Shown here piece by piece: positions 52,261 through 64,000 of a stretch of 64,000 bases of DNA (its first letter is position 1; each line of letters begins with the position of its first letter). Location: the NCBI RefSeq assembly GCF_006345805.1, contig NW_021833058.1:22155-86154 (forward strand), read 5' to 3'. A program made the position numbers and the translations under genes. The notes below the pieces were generated by a model. That model saw nothing but the letters and a program-made list of their open reading frames with translations. It was not told the DNA's origin and did no database searches. This stretch comes from Octopus sinensis (Eukaryota).

Positions 52261-52573
52261 TGGTGAGGTGTAGTTAATACTGTTTAGGCTATAGCGATGG
52301 TTTATGTTGTAGTACACTTGTTATTGTTGTTGAAGCAACGCTTGTTGTTTCCGTGGTCGCTCGATTCGTTCTTACAGTTGTAATTCTGCTCGAGCGATGT
52401 TTTTGTTGTTGTTCTTGTTGTTGAATCAGGGATTATTGTTTTGTTGTTACTGTTTTCAGGTTGTTGTTGCTGCTGGCCTAGTTATGGTAGCGGTGATGGT
52501 GATCGTATTAATGGCGGTGCTGAAAAGTGGGCGGCGTAAGAAAGTGTTACTCTGACATATATTTACATTGTAC

Positions 52574-52648
52574 CTCTTCAATATTTTCTGACCCATTCAC
52601 CAAATCTGCGCGCTTTTCATCTTCAATAATAAATAAGCTTCTTTTGAG
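52574..52648 (-). CDS. Candidate 75-nt exon (LKRSLFIIEDEKRADLVNGSENIEE), product unknown
   Basis: Acceptor ccttgcctacatttcag and donor GAG|gtacaa. Only the phase-0 frame is open. Confidence 0.3.
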
Positions 52649-52889
52649 CTGAAATGTAGGCAAGGCTATATATTGATAGACGGAACAATCGATAAATAGG
52701 TAGATAGATATATATAAACGGATGAATAGATACATAGATGGAGATACTGAAAGAGAGAGGGAGAGAGAGAAAGAGAGAGATGCACAGAGGGAGAGAGGGT
52801 GAGAATAAGAGGGTTAGATAAACAGATAGATAAGTATGTATGTATGTATGCATGTATCTGTCTGTCTGTCTCTCTACCTATCTATCTAC

Positions 52890-52923
<34 letters not shown>

Positions 52924-53270
52924 ATATATAAATATATATATGTAGAGAAAAAGTGATTGAGAGAGAGAGAGAACGAGAGAGAGAGAAAGAGAGAAAGAGA
53001 GAGAGAGGGAAACAATGAAGGGGAGAGAAAGAGCGAGAGAGAAAGGGTGAGATAGATAGATAGATAGATACAGAGAGAAAGAGAGAGAGAGAAGAGAGGA
53101 GAGAGAGAGAGCGTGGACAAAGAGAAAGACTAACATGGCTGAATAATTATTTTCAAAATAAATATAGATCGACGGATACATATATAGATAGATAGAATAA
53201 TACATTTTTCGATCAATCGATAAAGAGAAACAGACACTCACAGTTTTATATATGCATATATATAAGTATA

Positions 53271-53322
<52 letters not shown>

Positions 53323-53499
53323 GTATATGTATATACATACATAGATGTCGATAAATCGATGAATAAATACACATATATATGATATATAGATTGAAACAGT
53401 ATCTAGCTGGCAAGACAGAAATATATACATATGTGTGGATATCTATATGTGTGTACATACACACACACACACGCACACACACACACACATACACACACA

Positions 53500-53657
53500 C
53501 ACATGGAAATAACTAGATACTTAGAAAGTAAATGGCTAAAGTACATGACAGTTATGAAGAAAATTCCATTTGACTCTCGACAAGAAAATAATGTACGTAT
53601 GCGTGTTTGTATATGTAGTTGTGTGTGGGCGTATGTGTTTGTGTTGTGGCCCTGTGT

Positions 53658-53710
<53 letters not shown>

Positions 53711-54225
53711 CACACATCTCACCTAAGCTGAAAGAAAGAGAAATTCGTAAAACAGAATAAAACAAGAAAGCAATCTTACAGGATACTCTTTGTAAGAAGT
53801 GTGAAAAGAGATTAACACACACATACAGACACTCGCACACACACACACATACACACACACACATACAGACACTCGCAAACACGCACGCACACACACACAC
53901 ACACACACACGCACACACACACATACACACACACACATACAGACACTCGCAAACACGCACGCACACACCACACACACACACACACACGCGCACACACACA
54001 CATACACACACACACATACAGACACTCGCAAACACGCCACGCACAACACACACACACACACACCACACACACATGGAAATAACTAGATACTTAGAAAGTA
54101 AATGGCTAAAGTAAATGACAGTTATGAAGAAAATTCCATTTGACTCTCGAAGAAAATAATGTACGTATGCGTGTTTGTATATGTAGTTGTGTGTGGGCGT
54201 ATGTGTTTGTGTTGTGGCCCTGTGT

Positions 54226-54278
<53 letters not shown>

Positions 54279-54525
54279 CACACATCTACCTAAGCTGAAA
54301 GAAAGAGAAATTCGTAAAACAGAATAAAACAAGAAAGCAATCTTACAGGATACTCTTTGTAAGAAGTGTGAAAAGAGATTAACACACACATACAGACACT
54401 CGCACACACACACACATACACACACACACATACAGACACTCGCAAACACGCACGCACACACACACAACAACACACACGACACACACACACATACACACAC
54501 ACACATACAGACACTCGCAAACACG

Positions 54526-54556
<31 letters not shown>

Positions 54557-54600
54557 GCGCACACACACACATACACACACACACATACAGACACTCGCAA
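53500..54600. repeat. Near-identical 570-bp tandem duplication
   Basis: acatggaaataactagatac at 53501 and 54071. Confidence 0.85.
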
Positions 54601-54605
54601 ACACG

Positions 54606-54647
<42 letters not shown>

Positions 54648-54932
54648 CACACACACACGCACACGCACAAAAACACTGGTACGAACACATGCACGCACTC
54701 ACACGCGGGTACAAACACACACTTCTTCCTACATTCACACACATATATATATATATTTGTGTGTGCGTGTTTTTTGTGCTTGTGTGTGTGTGTGTGTGTA
54801 TGTGCGCGCGTGCGCACATTGGATGTAGGAGTTTACGTGCGAATACGCACGTACGTATTGAACGAATGTATCCATATATGAATATTTATATACATGCATA
54901 CGCATATCTGCACGCATACTACAAATATATGT

Positions 54933-54963
<31 letters not shown>

Positions 54964-55221
54964 CGCGTGTGTGCGTGTGTGTGGGATTGTGCTTTGATAT
55001 ATGTATAGATATGCCTATATACACATATGTATACTCAATGTCTGCACGCCTATAAATAACCACATACACGTTTGTATCATACATAATGCAAGTTGATATT
55101 TCAGAAATGTCGCTGCAATAAAAAAATAAGTGAAAAAGAACGTATATTCATATAAAGAAAACTTCGTTTACATGAATAATTATAACAATAAAAACAACAA
55201 CAACAACAACAACAACAAATT

Positions 55222-55603
55222 TGATTACATCGACTCCAGTGCTCAACTGGTACTTATTTTATCGACCCCGAAAGGAAGAAAGCGACAGCCGACCTCGGCG
55301 GAGTTTGAACTCAGAGCATAAAAGACAGACGAAATGGTCCTGAGCCTTTTGCGCGGCGTGCTAACGATTCTTATTTGTTTATTGCCCCCAAGGGGCTAAA
55401 CACAGAGGGGACAAACAAGGACAGACAAAGGAATGAAGCCGATTACATCGACCCCAGTGCGTAACTGGTACATAATTTATCGACCCCGAAAAGATGAAAG
55501 GCAAAATCGACCTCGGCGGAATTTGAACTCAGAACGTAACGGCAGACGAAATACCGCTAAGCATTTCGCCCGGCGTGCTAACGATTCTATCAGCTCGCTG
55601 CCT
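55222..55603 (-). mobile_element. Same SINE, young copy joined to an older truncated copy
   Basis: The junction at ~55370 lies inside the head of the older copy. Confidence 0.8.
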
Positions 55604-55924
55604 TAACAACAACAACACCAAGAACAACAACGACAACAATAGGGAGAAGGGAACCCAAAATGTGTAATGAATATCAATAAAACCAAGGACAATTACAGTA
55701 TCCTTCGGTGAATTTATTTGGGGATTGGTGGATGTTGAGGTGACGTCACAGGGTGATCTGTCTTTACTTTAAGCAGTATACATTGTCACCGAGTGCTGCC
55801 GTTCTCCGACAGATGTTCAACAAATACAACCGTAGTTTCAGTGGCTTCGTTAGGCCTGTAGCCATTGCCATGTGGTTAACAAGTTGGTTTTGCATTAAGA
55901 CGGTACCAAGTTCGATTCCGTAAC

Positions 55925-56131
55925 TCTCTTTACTCTAGTTTCAGTCATTTGACTGAGGCCATGCTGGAGCACCGCTTTTAGTCGAGCAAATCGACCCCCC
56001 CAGGACTTATTCTTTGTAAGCCTAGTACTTATTCTATCGGTATCTTTTGCCGAACCGCTAAGTTACGGGAACGTAAACACACCAGCATCGGTTGTCAAGC
56101 GATGTTGGGGGGGACAAACACAGACACACAA

Positions 56132-56205
<74 letters not shown>

Positions 56206-56377
56206 CATATATACGACGGGCTTCTTTCAGTTTCCGTCTACCTAATCCACTCACAAGGCTTTGGTCGGCCCGGGGCTATAGCAGAAGACACTTGCCCAAA
56301 GTGCCACGCAGTGGGACTGAACCCGGAACCATGTGGTTGATAAGCAAGCTACTTACCACACAGCCACTCCTACGCCT
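55925..56377 (-). mobile_element. CORE-like SINE copy, full length
   Basis: Family match. Confidence 0.85.
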
Positions 56378-56708
56378 ATATCCCAAGTTAATCAATATCT
56401 TGCGAACAGGGACGGCGCTTGGAAGTGCGGGGCCAAATTGGAGATTTATTCAGTGGAGCCCTCTGCTCTACAAAAGCTAAAGATTGAGGATTTTCTGTAA
56501 TGTTTCGTGTAGGACGCCATGCCCAGCCAAAAAGTATCGAGGATTTGAGGATCCAACACTAGCCAACATGATATACTAAAAATTCATCATAGCATGCTCT
56601 GTCTGAGCGTGTACATGGAGCACTCTGTTTGGAGCGGGGCCCAAATTGAACAAAGCAGTCTAATTAACTTGAAACCGGCCCCACGTTTGAATGGAATTTA
56701 GCGATCAG

Positions 56709-56797
<89 letters not shown>

Positions 56798-57109
56798 ATG
56801 GTGGTTTCTCAGGTCCGAGAAAGACAGTTCTACAATTTCCTGTTGGACAACAAACCGCACAAATTGTTTTATGGCAATCAGGTGTTTGTGTTTTGCTCAG
56901 AAGCTCACTCCGTCCATGAAATCGACGCTACCTATCCAGGTGTGCCTCACTTCAGATGTCGAAGTGATCTCAAAAGAATGTGACAAGAAGTATGACACGC
57001 TAATATGTAAATTACCTTGGCTAATTATTTTCCGTGCAACAGACACAAAACGCATTTGTCTCGATCATTACATCCATGTGTCAGGGAAACATCAAGGATG
57101 TAAAAGCTG

Positions 57110-57362
57110 ATGGGAGAGAGGGAGAGAGGGAGAAAGAGAGGGATAGAGATAGGTAGAGAGACAAAGGGGGAGGGAGAGAGAGATGGAGATAGAGAGATAT
57201 ATAGAGAGATAGTTAGAGAGAGGGAGAGAGGGAGAGAGAGAGAAAGAGAGACAGAAAGAGAGAGATAGAGATAGAGAGATATATATAAAGATAGATAGAG
57301 AGAGAGAGAGAGGGGGAGAGAGAGGGAGAAAGAGAGATATAGAGATAGAGAGAGATATATAA

Positions 57363-57396
<34 letters not shown>

Positions 57397-57485
57397 CGAG
57401 AGAGAGGGCGAGAGAGAGGGAGAAAGAGAGAGATAGAGATAGAGAGATAGAGATAGAGAGAGATATATAGAGATATATAGATATC

Positions 57486-57559
<74 letters not shown>

Positions 57560-57565
57560 GAGAAA
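57110..57565. repeat. (GA)n/(GATA)n compound microsatellite
   Basis: Direct reading. Confidence 0.95.
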
Positions 57566-58074
57566 CGCATGCATAAGTTTTATTTCTCTACCGGTTCTTA
57601 TTTGCGAAGAAGTTAAGGCGGCGTGCTGGCCGAATGGTTAGCACGCTGGGCAGAATCCTTAACGGCATTTCGTCCGTCTTTACGCTCTCGGTTCAAATTC
57701 CACCGTGGTCGACTTACAACCTTTCGGGGCCGATTAAATAATTGCCAGTTGAGTACAGAGGTCGATGTAATCCACTTACTTGGCCCCCACCCCGAAATTT
57801 CTAGCCTTGTGGCAAAATTTAAAATTATTCATAGTCAGCAAGTTAACCAACTAACCAATTAGCCGATCGGTTGATTGAGTAATCGTCGTATTAATCAATC
57901 AATCAATCAATCAACCGGCTGGTTTTTCAGAGCCCTTCCGCCCCCCACGCTTGACTTCATCAATGACATGCTCTAGTTATCATCTGACTGGTTGATTGTT
58001 CGTTCGAAAGGTTAATCAAGGAATTGATTAGTAAATTAATTGATTCGTAAAATTGTTAATTAATAATATTTAAT

Positions 58075-58246
58075 AGGCGTAGGAGTGGCTCTGTGGTATG
58101 TAGCTTGCTTACGAACCACATGGTTCCGGGTTCAGTCCCACTGCGTGGCACCTTGGGAAAGTGTCTTCTACTATAGCCTCGGGCCGACCAAAGCCTTGTA
58201 AGTGGATTTGGTAGACGGAAACTGAAAGAAACCCGTCGTATATATG

Positions 58247-58277
<31 letters not shown>

Positions 58278-58485
58278 ATATATTTGTGTGTCTGTGTTTG
58301 TCCATCCAACACCACTTAACAACCGATGCTCGTGTGTTTACGTCACCGTAACTTAGCGGTTCGGCAAATGAGACGGATAGAATAAGTATTAGGTTAACAA
58401 AGAATAAGTCCTGGGGTCGATTTACTCGACTAAAGGCGGTGCTCCAGCATGGCCACAGTTAAATGGCTGAAACAAGTAAAAGAGT
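58075..58485 (+). mobile_element. CORE-like SINE copy, full length
   Basis: Family match. Confidence 0.85.
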
Positions 58486-58744
58486 ATGTGTGTGTATGTG
58501 TGTGTGTAGATATGCGTATGCGTGTATATAAATATTCATATACAGATACATTCGTTCATACGTACGTGTGTATTCGCACATAAACTCCTACATCCACTGT
58601 ACTCTGTAGGATCAAACAGAATACAGTACAACAGAGTACAACACAGTGACATGTTATTCAGTACGGTACGAAAGAGTACAATACCATAGAGTACAGTATG
58701 GAATGGGCTATAATAGAGTACGGTACAATGGAATACAGTATTCT

Positions 58745-59285
58745 TTTTATTCTTTTTACTTGTTTCAGTCATTTGACTGTGGCCATGCTGGAGCACCGCC
58801 TTTAGTCAAGAAAATCGGCCCCAGGACTTATTCTTTGTAAAACTAGTACTTATTCTATCGGTAACTTTTTGCCGAACTGCTAAGTTACGGGGACGTAAAC
58901 ACACCAGCATCGGTTGGCAAGCGATGTTGGGGTGGGGGAACAAACATATACACACACATACATATATCTATATACATATATATATACGACGGGCTTCTTT
59001 CAGTTTTCGTCTACCAAATCTACTCGTAAGGCTTTGGTCGGCTCAAGGCTATAGCAAAGACATCTGCGCGCCGGGCGAAATGCTTAGCGGTATTTCGTCT
59101 GTCGTTACGTTCTGAGTTCAAATTCCGCCGAGGTCGACTTTGCTTTTCATCTTCTCGGGGTCGATAAATAAAGTACCAGTTTCGCACTGGGTCGATGTAA
59201 TCGACTTAATCCCTTTGTCCTTGTTTGCCCCCTCTATGTTTGGCCCCGGAACCATGTGGCTGGTAAGCAAGCTACTTACCACTCC
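58745..59285 (-). mobile_element. CORE-like SINE interrupted by an oppositely oriented Meta-like SINE (~59066-59250)
   Basis: Direct reading of both families. Confidence 0.75.
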
Positions 59286-59661
59286 TATGTAAAAGATTAT
59301 GTTAGAGTACTGTATAATAGAGTACAATATAATGGCGTGCAGTACAGAGTACGACCTAGTACAAGAGATACATCGACACAGAAACCCAGCTGTTCTAATC
59401 TATTGAATATATATTAAAAGATTTAGCAGCCGTCATTGAACTAAATAGCTGACCACATTGTTTAATGGACTGAAAAACCATTCAAAGTCCGTTTAACCTT
59501 GTCAATTAATAATAATCTCTTCATTTGTTGCTGTTGTGATTGTCGTTTTTTTTTTTGTTGTTTTTTACTATTGTTGATGTTTGTGTTGTGGTTCTTGTTG
59601 TCGCTGCTGCTGCTGTTTTTTGTTTTGTTCTTATTCCCCCCTTTTTTATTCATGATGTGTG

Positions 59662-59704
<43 letters not shown>

Positions 59705-60834
59705 TGTATATTATATATATATTCGTTTACCATCATTTTGCTTTTTTTACGAAATTTCTTTATTCGGAATGATTGTCACAAAAACACACACACACAGACA
59801 CACACACACAGACACAGACACACACACACACACACACACACACCACACACACACACACCGTTATATATGTGTGTGCGTCTGTAATTATAGATGCAAATAG
59901 AGGTGTGTGTATGTATATATTTGCGTATATGTAAACGAATATAAACACACACAAATATATATATATATACATAAACACACACTCATATATATATACATAC
60001 ACATAGACATGTCTATACACATATACACGCACACACACACTCACACACACACGTGTAAAGAGGAACAGAGAGGTAAATAAAGTCGTTAATTCTTAAAGTA
60101 CAAAAGTGTTTTGCGTTCATTTTTATTTGTGTTTGTGTATGTGTGTGTGTGTGTGTTTTCTAATTTCATTATGTGTCACTGTGTATGTATGTGGGTATGA
60201 GCACATCTGTGGTTTGTATATGCGTATGTGTTTATATGTATGCGTCTGTGTATCTGCATGAGCGTGTGTGACCTTGTGTATGAATGTATATGTGTATTTT
60301 AAGAGTATGTATGGATATAAACATGTATGGGTATGTATGTGTGTGTACATCTGTGTGTTTGTATATCCATGAATGTGTGCATGTATATATGAATGTATGT
60401 GTATGTGTACATGTATGTGTGCGTGTGTCTTGTGTTTTCTTTTCTTCTTAGTTCCAAAGTTTTGATTTCACCGATTTACTTTGCAGTGTCTAAGTTAATT
60501 TAAATCACGTTTCCTCCCTCTCCTCTCAACCATACTTCTACACCTCTTCCTCTTCCTCTTCCTCTTCCTCCTCCTCCTTACCATCATCATCAACAGCGAT
60601 AATAACCTCTCAGGTCACGTGGTCCCAAAACAAATAGTAAAGGATAAAATAAAATAAAATAACAACAAAAACAGACCAAATATCAAATGCTATGAAAATG
60701 AAGAACCAATGTTTTATCACGAGATTCTGAAGAACACACCAAGTTACCATATATATCGTCGGGGTGGGGTGGGGGGAAAGGAGGGGTGAAAATAGTTGCA
60801 GTAGAAGTAGTAGCAGTAATAGTACAACAACAAC

Positions 60835-60865
<31 letters not shown>

Positions 60866-61101
60866 CTACACGCTCCTCACCACACTGCCTAAAGAGAAAT
60901 AAATATAAACCAAAGTTAATCGTGAAATCAAAATGTGGGGAAAACAATAAATTTTATGTAAAACGATAAATTTCTTTGTTTTAAGTTATTTTTCTTGTTT
61001 CACAGTTGAGAAAATCATTTGAAGAAAGTTTCTAATACTTGTTTATGGTTTTCAAGTGTCACGTCCTTTAAATTTACATGAATTTATGACATTTCGTTCT
61101 A

Positions 61102-61183
<82 letters not shown>

Positions 61184-61829
61184 TGATGTACAAAGGAAAG
61201 ACAAAAAATCATTCAGAACCAAGCATCAGAACTATCAGGATTCTGATCCTCAAAAAAAATACTTTCATCTATATACATACACACATACACACATAACATA
61301 CATACATGCATACATAAATACATACATACATACATACGCATACATATATACACACATGCATATATACGGACATATATACACACACATACATATCTAGAAA
61401 CATACACACACACACACACATATATATATTTGGTAAAAAAATACGTTCCGTGTTTTGGTACTTTAAGATATGGTAAGATTTTTAGGAGCGTAACGCTTCG
61501 CAATATGGGGGATGCCAATATCTCTGTGCATGCGTGCGCGCACACGTGTTTGTATGTGCGTCTGCGCGCGTACACACACACACACATACACACACACACG
61601 CACACACACACTTCGAATTCTAATGGCGTTCTTCTCCTACCCCTATACCTTCATCAAAGTTGACTTCACTGTTTCGCATTTCGCACATCAATAAAATTAG
61701 TTAGAGATAGGAAGATCTATATTGATAGAATTGGCTCCAGCACTTGTGAACCAAAGAAAGAAGTATTTTTGCGACAGTATATAAAGAATAGATTTCGTTG
61801 TGACTGCAATTTCTGTTTTTGCTGTTTAG

Positions 61830-61905
61830 CCGCTGTGCAAAAAAATCTTTGTTATTTACAAATATCCCGCCTACGGATTTGAAATCGATGAAACGATAAC
61901 TGCAC
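61830..61905 (+). CDS. Candidate 76-nt exon (PLCKKIFVIYKYPAYGFEIDETITA), product unknown
   Basis: Acceptor tttctgtttttgctgtttag and donor CAC|gtgaga. Only one frame is open. Confidence 0.33.
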
Positions 61906-62511
61906 GTGAGAATTGTAGAGCATTTCTGTAAAATATTATAGTACTCCAATACCGATTAATATGTCAATGTAATATAAAGGAAAGAAAGGAAGACAAACAC
62001 GGGTTTCAGGTAAGGCAGAGAGATGCTGCAAGCATTCGGATAGTGGAGACACACTTCATTAAGTAGAGCAAAGCAGAGATCAAGCTACCTACTGGTGGGT
62101 TATCCACAGGAAATAATAATTAAAACTATATCAATGCATTCCTTTATACAATTTATTATCGTGTGCCTATCTAATTGCCCCTTCACTCGTTCATGTGTTG
62201 GCTTATTATTTTTGCTGTGGTTATTTTCTTTATCATTACTGAATATTCAGAATAGGGAAATTTTCCTTGTGTTGTATGTCTTGTACTCTGTTTTTTCGTT
62301 GTTTAAAAAAATGTCCGTTTCCATGGTTTTGTGTTCATGTTTTCGTTTCTCTTTGTGTGCGACGTTTTTTTTTTTGGTGCCCTGTACTCATATATGCATG
62401 TATATATACATATAGATGCAGGTACGTACATATATGTATGCATATATGCATATGTTTTATTTGTTATTTTGTTATATGATCGAACGCAACGCATCCACTT
62501 CCAATTAAGTT

Positions 62512-62579
<68 letters not shown>

Positions 62580-62610
62580 TTCTATCTATCTATCTATCTA
62601 TCTATCTATT

Positions 62611-62673
<63 letters not shown>

Positions 62674-62722
62674 GTCTATCTATCTATCTATTTCTATCTA
62701 TCTATCTATCTATCTATCTATC

Positions 62723-62770
<48 letters not shown>

Positions 62771-63545
62771 CACGTGTGGGACGAGTCGGTTTATCAGCTG
62801 AGTCTATCGTCAATATTGTCACGCCTCCTTCCTTCAAACGGGAAGGAAGAGCTATTTTCATCATCCTTGTGGCTATGGCGAAAGAATGTATCTGGTGGAC
62901 GCTCTGAAAGGATTGGAGACAAACACTTTCCTCTCTGGTCAATCTCTCATCAACTTCTTCAAGTACACTTGAAAAGGAAAGTGAGAGTAGAGAGGCAAGT
63001 TTTGTCTAGCGATGTTTTAAAAAAAGATGGGTGAATGTAGCAAGGATGGCACGTATGAATGACGAAGCCACCTTGAGATAATCCTATGAACCCAGAAATT
63101 GAAAACAGGGTTATCCACTTGCAAACAAATGTGGTAACATATAACAATATTGACCAAGGTTACCGTGGTCTTTTTCATAGGCTTTTCTTCCCACGGATAA
63201 ACCTTACTTGCTTTCCCCTTTACACCATATACCATAACACTGTGATACACGATCCCTATTGATCGTTTTTCTTCTTCTTCCTCTTCCCCCTTTTTTCTTC
63301 TTTTTTTTTTCATTTCTCTTCCTTGTTCCTTTTTCCTTTTCTTTTTTTTTCTTTTTATTCCTTTTATTTTATTCAAATTTTTTTTTTTGTTCTTTTCTCT
63401 TTCCTTCTTTTACGATCCCTCTTGATCGAAAACCTACGCCACCCCCTTTTTTTTCTTTTGTTTTTTTTTCTCTTCATCCCCCAAAAGAAAGCTCTACCTG
63501 TAACTTGTCCCATCTGTTGCAGCCCTGTGGTGGCAATAAAGAAAC
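62771..63545 (+). mobile_element. Tx1/L1-group LINE 3' fragment inserted in (TATC)n
   Basis: Frameshifted homologue of the 18.3-18.8 kb peptide (LSAESIVNIVTPPSFKREGRAIFIILVAMAKECIWW...KRKVRVERQVLS). It ends gcaataaagaaac and has (CTAT)n on both sides. Confidence 0.75.
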
Positions 63546-63569
63546 TTATCTATCTACCTACTATCTATT

Positions 63570-63651
<82 letters not shown>

Positions 63652-63659
63652 ATTCTCTT

Positions 63660-63699
<40 letters not shown>

Positions 63700-63746
63700 C
63701 TATCTATCTATCTATTTCCTATCTATCTATCTATCTATCTATCTAC

Positions 63747-63788
<42 letters not shown>

Positions 63789-63879
63789 CATCCATGTATG
63801 TATGTATGTATATGTATGTACGTTATAGATATATATATATATATATATATATAGATATATATTATTATATATATATGGG

Positions 63880-63955
<76 letters not shown>

Positions 63956-64000
63956 GACTGAGAGACATTGCCGTAGGGAAATAGACAACAGCCACACTAA

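Noticed and set aside
56795-56881. Calx-beta-like peptide TVLQFPVGQQTAQIVL
   Set aside because: Weak resemblance only. All three frames give plausible peptides and no neighbouring exon supports it.
327-63995. The many ORFs rich in VC/HT/YI/MY/LS/ER repeats, including the 431-aa ORF at 53403-54698 and the 265-aa ORF at 31901-32698
   Set aside because: They are translations of di- and tetranucleotide microsatellites that simply lack stop codons.

Overview
This is AT-rich, microsatellite-dense eukaryotic DNA made mostly of SINEs, LINE fragments and simple repeats. The repeat families look like those of octopus or another cephalopod (inference from recognised SINE types, no database search). No protein-coding gene can be named. 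Almost every ORF in the supplied track is translated microsatellite or a retroelement fragment, and only a few low-confidence small exons are plausible. The main discovery is at 37905-42860: an 11-unit head-to-tail array of a non-coding ~489-bp monomer. Each full unit folds on the minus strand into a type I hammerhead ribozyme with a variant core (CCGAAGA...GAAAC-AATT-GUA). The array has an (AT)n 3' flank and a 5' inversion, so it is a retrozyme/Penelope-like self-cleaving retroelement. A second, canonical hammerhead lies in a fold-back at 21593-21791. Other notable structure: (i) SINE concatemers that always join at the same hairpin, with one TSD around the whole multimer; (ii) the 3' tail of that SINE matches the 3' ends of two Tx1/L1-group LINE fragments inserted in microsatellites; (iii) one tRNA-derived SINE head carries three different tails; (iv) a near-perfect 237-bp fold-back at 35.4-35.6 kb.
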